From assembly GCA_963677895.2 (NCBI GenBank), contig CAXXGJ010000038.1, forward strand, positions 1 through 64,000: a stretch of DNA of 64,000 nucleotides, read 5' to 3'. Shown here piece after piece: positions 56,806 to 64,000 of the stretch; the stretch's first letter is position 1; each line of letters begins with the position of its first letter. A program made the translations under genes and the position numbers. The stretch is from Treponemataceae bacterium. GTDB taxonomy: Bacteria > Spirochaetota > Spirochaetia > Treponematales > Rectinemataceae. Under the pieces are notes generated by a model, which worked only from the letters and a program-made list of their open reading frames with translations, was not told the DNA's origin and ran no database searches.

Positions 56806-58521
56806 ATGCCTAAAATTGAAGTAAACGAAAAGCTTTTCTTCTCGCTCCTGGGCGACAGCCCCGATGCGGCCAGACTCGAAGCCATTCTTCCGACGGCCAA
56901 GGCCGAACTGGATGGCTGGGACAAGGAAGCGGCTGAGCCCGAAAACAGGACGATAAAGATTGAACTCAACGATACGAACCGTCCCGACCTTTGGACGACG
57001 GCCGGACTCGCCCGTCAGCTCAAAGCCCACAGAAAGGGTGAAATAACCGAGTACCCGTTCTTTGTGCCGCTGGGGGAGCCACGCGATTCGGCATACATCG
57101 TTGAAGTGGAAGAAAGCGTCAGAAAAGTCAGGCCTTTTCTCGCGGGGTTTGTGGCCAGGGGTGTTCCGATAACCGACTCAATGCTGAAAGAGCTCATCCA
57201 AGCCCAGGAAAAATTGACGTGGAATTTCGGGCGCAAGCGGAAGACTGTCTCGATCGGCCTTTATCGTCCCTCCGTGATCTCGTGGCCGGTGCATTACCGA
57301 GGCGTGGATCCCGACAAGGTTTCCTTCGTCCCCCTCCAGGAAACGAGGAACATGACGCTGCGGCAGATTCTCGCGGAACACCCCAAAGGGAAGGAATACG
57401 GATCCATTCTCCAGAACGAACCTATCCACCCCCTTCTTCTCGACGACAACGACAGGGTGCTTTCCTATCCGCCCATCATCAACTCAGCCGACCTGGGCGC
57501 CGTTCTCGTCGGCGATTCGGAGCTGTTCATCGAGGTGACGGGAAGCGATTACCCTTCGGTCTCGCTTACCGCATCCATCCTCGCGTGCGACCTCCACGAC
57601 ATGGGCTTTGCCATCGAAAATGTCGTCGTGCGGTATCCCTATGACACGCCATTCGGCAGGAAAATAACCTTCCCCTCTTACTTCCAGCAGGAACTCAAGG
57701 TTCATATCGACCAGGTGAGAAAACTGCTTGGCCTTGACATGAGCGTGGAAAAGGCGAGGGCCGCCGTCGAGAGCATGGGTTCGAAGGCCAGGGTGGAAGG
57801 CGACTTCATCACGGTGAAGCCCGCCGAGTATCGAAACGATTTTCTTCACCCCGTCGATATCATCGAGGACGTGCTGATCGGGATCGGCATGGAGAATTTC
57901 CCCCCGGAAAAGCCGCGCGATTTCACCATAGGAAGGCTTTCCCCCATCGAGCAGTTCTCACGGAAGGCTAAACTTTCGCTCGTAGGCATGGGGTATCAGG
58001 AAATGATCTACAACTATCTCGGCAGCAGGCGGGATTATGTGGATAAGATGGGCATTCAGGCCGAAACCGTCGTGAAGATCACCAACCCGATGAGCGAAAA
58101 CTTCGAGTATCTGAGGAATTCGCCGCTACCGGGCCTCCTGGGAACCGAATCGGTCTCCGTAAAGGCTCCCTATCCGCACAGGACTTTTGAAGTGGGCAAG
58201 GTCGCCATCAAGGATGCCGAAGAAAACTACGGCATCGCGACGAGACAGTATATCGGTTTCCTCAATACGCATGCCCAAGCCGACTACAATGAATCCGCTT
58301 CGCATCTGGCTACGCTCATGTTCTATCTCGGCAAGGAGTACGGCGTAAAGGAAGCTTTCGATCCCCGCTTTATTCCAGGCCGTCAGGCCGAGGTATGGAG
58401 CGAAGGCAAAAAAGTCGGCGTTTTCGGAGAAATCCACCCGGCGATCCTTGGGGCTTTCGGAATAACCATGCCCTCGGCCGGCGGAGAAATCGATTTGGAC
58501 ACCATACTGGGAGAAAGCTGA
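56806..58521 (+). CDS. pheT: Phenylalanine--tRNA ligase beta subunit (archaeal/eukaryal type)
   Basis: 571 aa; NRPDL, GRKR..VSIG, SYPPIINS, R.DFLH.VDIIED, GEIHP. No bacterial B2 or B8 domains. Confidence 0.96.
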   Translation: MPKIEVNEKLFFSLLGDSPDAARLEAILPTAKAELDGWDKEAAEPENRTIKIELNDTNRPDLWTTAGLARQLKAHRKGEITEYPFFVPLGEPRDSAYIVEVEESVRKVRPFLAGFVARGVPITDSMLKELIQAQEKLTWNFGRKRKTVSIGLYRPSVISWPVHYRGVDPDKVSFVPLQETRNMTLRQILAEHPKGKEYGSILQNEPIHPLLLDDNDRVLSYPPIINSADLGAVLVGDSELFIEVTGSDYPSVSLTASILACDLHDMGFAIENVVVRYPYDTPFGRKITFPSYFQQELKVHIDQVRKLLGLDMSVEKARAAVESMGSKARVEGDFITVKPAEYRNDFLHPVDIIEDVLIGIGMENFPPEKPRDFTIGRLSPIEQFSRKAKLSLVGMGYQEMIYNYLGSRRDYVDKMGIQAETVVKITNPMSENFEYLRNSPLPGLLGTESVSVKAPYPHRTFEVGKVAIKDAEENYGIATRQYIGFLNTHAQADYNESASHLATLMFYLGKEYGVKEAFDPRFIPGRQAEVWSEGKKVGVFGEIHPAILGAFGITMPSAGGEIDLDTILGES

Positions 58522-58587
58522 AGAGGCTGCTTCTCCCGGTGAAGCGAAAGCGGCTTTTTCGCGCGTATATCGTTCGGAAGGTGCCGC

Positions 58588-60138
58588 ATGGATATTTTTG
58601 CCTATGAACCCCTCGGCTTCGAGGGGTTTCTTGTTAAAGTGGAGGTCGATATCAGACGCGGGATTCCCGCCGTCGATGTCGTCGGTCTGGCGGCCGCATC
58701 CGTCAGGGAATCCCGCGAAAGAGTTCGGGCGGCCATCAGAAATTCCGCTTTCGAATTCCCCCAGGACAGGGTGCTCATCAATCTTTCCCCGGCCGATCTG
58801 CCCAAAGAAGGCTCCCTCTACGATCTTCCCATAGCGCTCAAGATCCTTTCCGCCTCCGGCGCGGTTCCAGACTGCGGGAAAAGCATCCTCGTCATCGGGG
58901 AACTGACGCTGGATGGTTATGTCTGTCCTGTGCGGGGGACTTTGCCGGCACTTCTCCAGGCTTCGCGGAAGGGTATACGTGACTATATCGTGCCGGAATC
59001 CAACTATGCCGAGGCTGGCCGGCTTCGCCAAGGACATCTCTTCCCGATTGGCCATATATCGGAAATTCCGGACATACTCCTTTCCATCCGAGATGGAGCC
59101 AGCTCCCTCTCAAAACACGCAAGGCGCGGGTCGCCTCAGGATCCTTCCGAAGACGAAACCCCGGCGTCGGAGATCGATTTCTCCGATTATCTGGGAAACG
59201 CGAAAGTCATGAGGGCCCTCGTCATAGCGGCAGCCGGAAGGCATAATCTTCTGCTTTTCGGGCCGCCGGGGTCAGGGAAAACGATGGCCGCGATGCGCTT
59301 TCCCTCTCTCCTGCCTGCCTTGACGGAGATTCAGGCCATGGAAGTGGCGGCTATATGGTCGCTCCATGGGAAACGGTACGGCGGCAAATCATCGGCTTCA
59401 AGGCCGCCGGTCTGTTCGCCTCATCACTCGGCTTCCCTGGAGGGTATCGTCGGCGGCGGCAAGCCTCCTCGTCCCGGGGAGATCAGCCTCGCCCATAGAG
59501 GGGTGCTTTTCCTGGACGAGACGCCCGAATTCGGGCACGATGTCCTTCAATCGCTGCGGGAGCCTTTGGAGCGTGGCAGCATCACCGTGGTACGGGCCGG
59601 GCGGGTTCTCCAGTATCCGGCAGACTTTCAGCTCCTCATGGCGGCCAACTCCTGCCCCTGCGGCAACCTCGGAAGCCCAACCAAGGCATGCATCTGCTCT
59701 CCTATGGAAATCCAGCGCTATTGGAAGAAACTGGGAGGCCCTCTTCTGGATCGCATCGATATGAGAATACCCGTCCTCATTCCGGACGCGGCATCGATGC
59801 TCAGCTCCCCCGGCCACTGCCAGGCCGACCTCGTCCGTGAAGTCGAGGAAGCCTCCCGTCTTCAGATGGAGAGGACGGCGGTGTTCGGAGGTTTGTACAA
59901 CAGCAGGCTGCAGCCGGAAATGGTCAAGCAGTACTGCGGCCTTGGCGCCGAAGCCGACGAACTGTTCCGAGACAGGGCGGAGGAACTGGGGCTTTCGATG
60001 AGAGCTTGCCATTCCGTTCTTAAGATTGCCAGAACTATCGCCGACATGCAGGGGGCTATCGCCATACAAGCCCCCATGGTAGCGGAAGCCGTCGGGTATC
60101 GGGAGTATGGAGACGGGGACAGTTACTGGCCATACTGA
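58588..60138 (+). CDS. comM: ComM/YifB Mg-chelatase-like AAA+ ATPase
   Basis: ES.ERVR.A, INLSPADLPKEG..YDLPIA, GPPGSGKT, PGE.SLAH.GVLFLDE, CPCG, GPLLDRID. Confidence 0.94.
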   Translation: MDIFAYEPLGFEGFLVKVEVDIRRGIPAVDVVGLAAASVRESRERVRAAIRNSAFEFPQDRVLINLSPADLPKEGSLYDLPIALKILSASGAVPDCGKSILVIGELTLDGYVCPVRGTLPALLQASRKGIRDYIVPESNYAEAGRLRQGHLFPIGHISEIPDILLSIRDGASSLSKHARRGSPQDPSEDETPASEIDFSDYLGNAKVMRALVIAAAGRHNLLLFGPPGSGKTMAAMRFPSLLPALTEIQAMEVAAIWSLHGKRYGGKSSASRPPVCSPHHSASLEGIVGGGKPPRPGEISLAHRGVLFLDETPEFGHDVLQSLREPLERGSITVVRAGRVLQYPADFQLLMAANSCPCGNLGSPTKACICSPMEIQRYWKKLGGPLLDRIDMRIPVLIPDAASMLSSPGHCQADLVREVEEASRLQMERTAVFGGLYNSRLQPEMVKQYCGLGAEADELFRDRAEELGLSMRACHSVLKIARTIADMQGAIAIQAPMVAEAVGYREYGDGDSYWPY

Positions 60139-60203
60139 AAAACCGCTGGCTTTAAAAGCAAGAAAAAGATACCGCGTTTATCCGGAAATATATCAAAAAC
60201 CTG

Positions 60204-60232
60204 TTGACAATAAATTCGATTCCAAGTAACCT
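60204..60232 (+). promoter_or_regulatory. rRNA operon promoter P1
   Basis: TTGACA-17-TAACCT with an A-rich upstream tract. Confidence 0.7.
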
Positions 60233-60328
60233 CCTTTTCGCGCTGGAACGAGAGGGAAAGCGCTCCGTGAGCGGGTTTTCGAGAAATACGGAAATCCTGC
60301 GAAAGAGTTGAAAAACTCAGAAACGGGC

Positions 60329-60358
60329 TTGACAAAAGGTGAGCAAGTTTGCTACCTT
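60329..60358 (+). promoter_or_regulatory. rRNA operon promoter P2
   Basis: TTGACA-18-TACCTT. Confidence 0.7.
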
Positions 60359-60484
60359 CATTGAGCGCTCTAAGGGAAGGCCAAGGGAAACCGAGACTGA
60401 CCGAAAGAGCGGGAGGCGAAAACCGGAGGCCGCAAAGCGGCTTGAGGCGAATAGCCGAGGGATCTACCACAGTAAATAGGGAAG

Positions 60485-62347
<1,863 letters not shown>

Positions 62348-62362
62348 TATTCCTTTTTTTTC

Positions 62363-62436
62363 GGGCCAGTAGCTCAGTTGGTTAGAGCACTTCTCTGATA
62401 AGGAAGGGGTCAATAGTTCAACTCTATTCTGGCCCA
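62363..62436 (+). tRNA. tRNA-Ile (GAT)
   Basis: Acceptor GGGCCAG/CTGGCCC, D-arm AGCTCAGTTGGTTAGAGC, anticodon arm CTTCT-CTGATAA-GGAAG, T-loop GTTCAAC. CCA not encoded. Confidence 0.96.
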
Positions 62437-62608
62437 TCCAGTTCTCTGAAGTTTTTAATTCATAGAGAAAAGGTTCTTTTACATAATGAGGGAAGGGAAG
62501 CAGGCACATTTCCTGAAGTGACTGATCTAGGAATAGGTTGGTTTATAGCTTTGGGGAATGAGCAAATGAAAACGATATCAAGAAGCGATAAAGAGTGAAG
62601 CATAATAT

Positions 62609-64000
<1,392 letters not shown>

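Overview
Core-chromosome segment of a free-living or anaerobic spirochete (Treponema/Rectinema-like). The assignment rests on the 16S sequence, archaeal-type PheRS, long thymidine kinase and shortened SMC. The window is gene-dense, with no CRISPR array, prophage, integrase or IS element that I can support. In order it holds: the recX 3' end, a frameshifted HTH-PTS EIIA gene, smc, an AlaX-type editing protein, an oppA-like/tdk/MFS run, pyrK-pyrD, lysO, glutaredoxin, pncA-pncB, LOG, tmRNA, mnmA, an orphan Na+-decarboxylase beta subunit with a mini partner, a flavodiiron protein, a 5-gene Lol-like ABC/LolA-like/beta-barrel envelope operon, a PLP aminotransferase, ychF-HDG-uvrA, lptD, phoH-7TM/HD-ybeY-corC, gdhA, a partial shikimate/Phe/Tyr cluster, a double-receiver PEP-synthase-like protein, pheST, comM and the start of an rRNA operon (16S-tRNA-Ile-23S). 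The best leads for undescribed biology are the receiver/ATP-grasp/phospho-His protein (52156-55128), an HExxH protease fused to a DUF3102-like helical domain (13629-14414), the hinge-less SMC, the orphan OadB pair and the Lol-like export operon. All product calls come from motif recognition by eye; no database searches were run.
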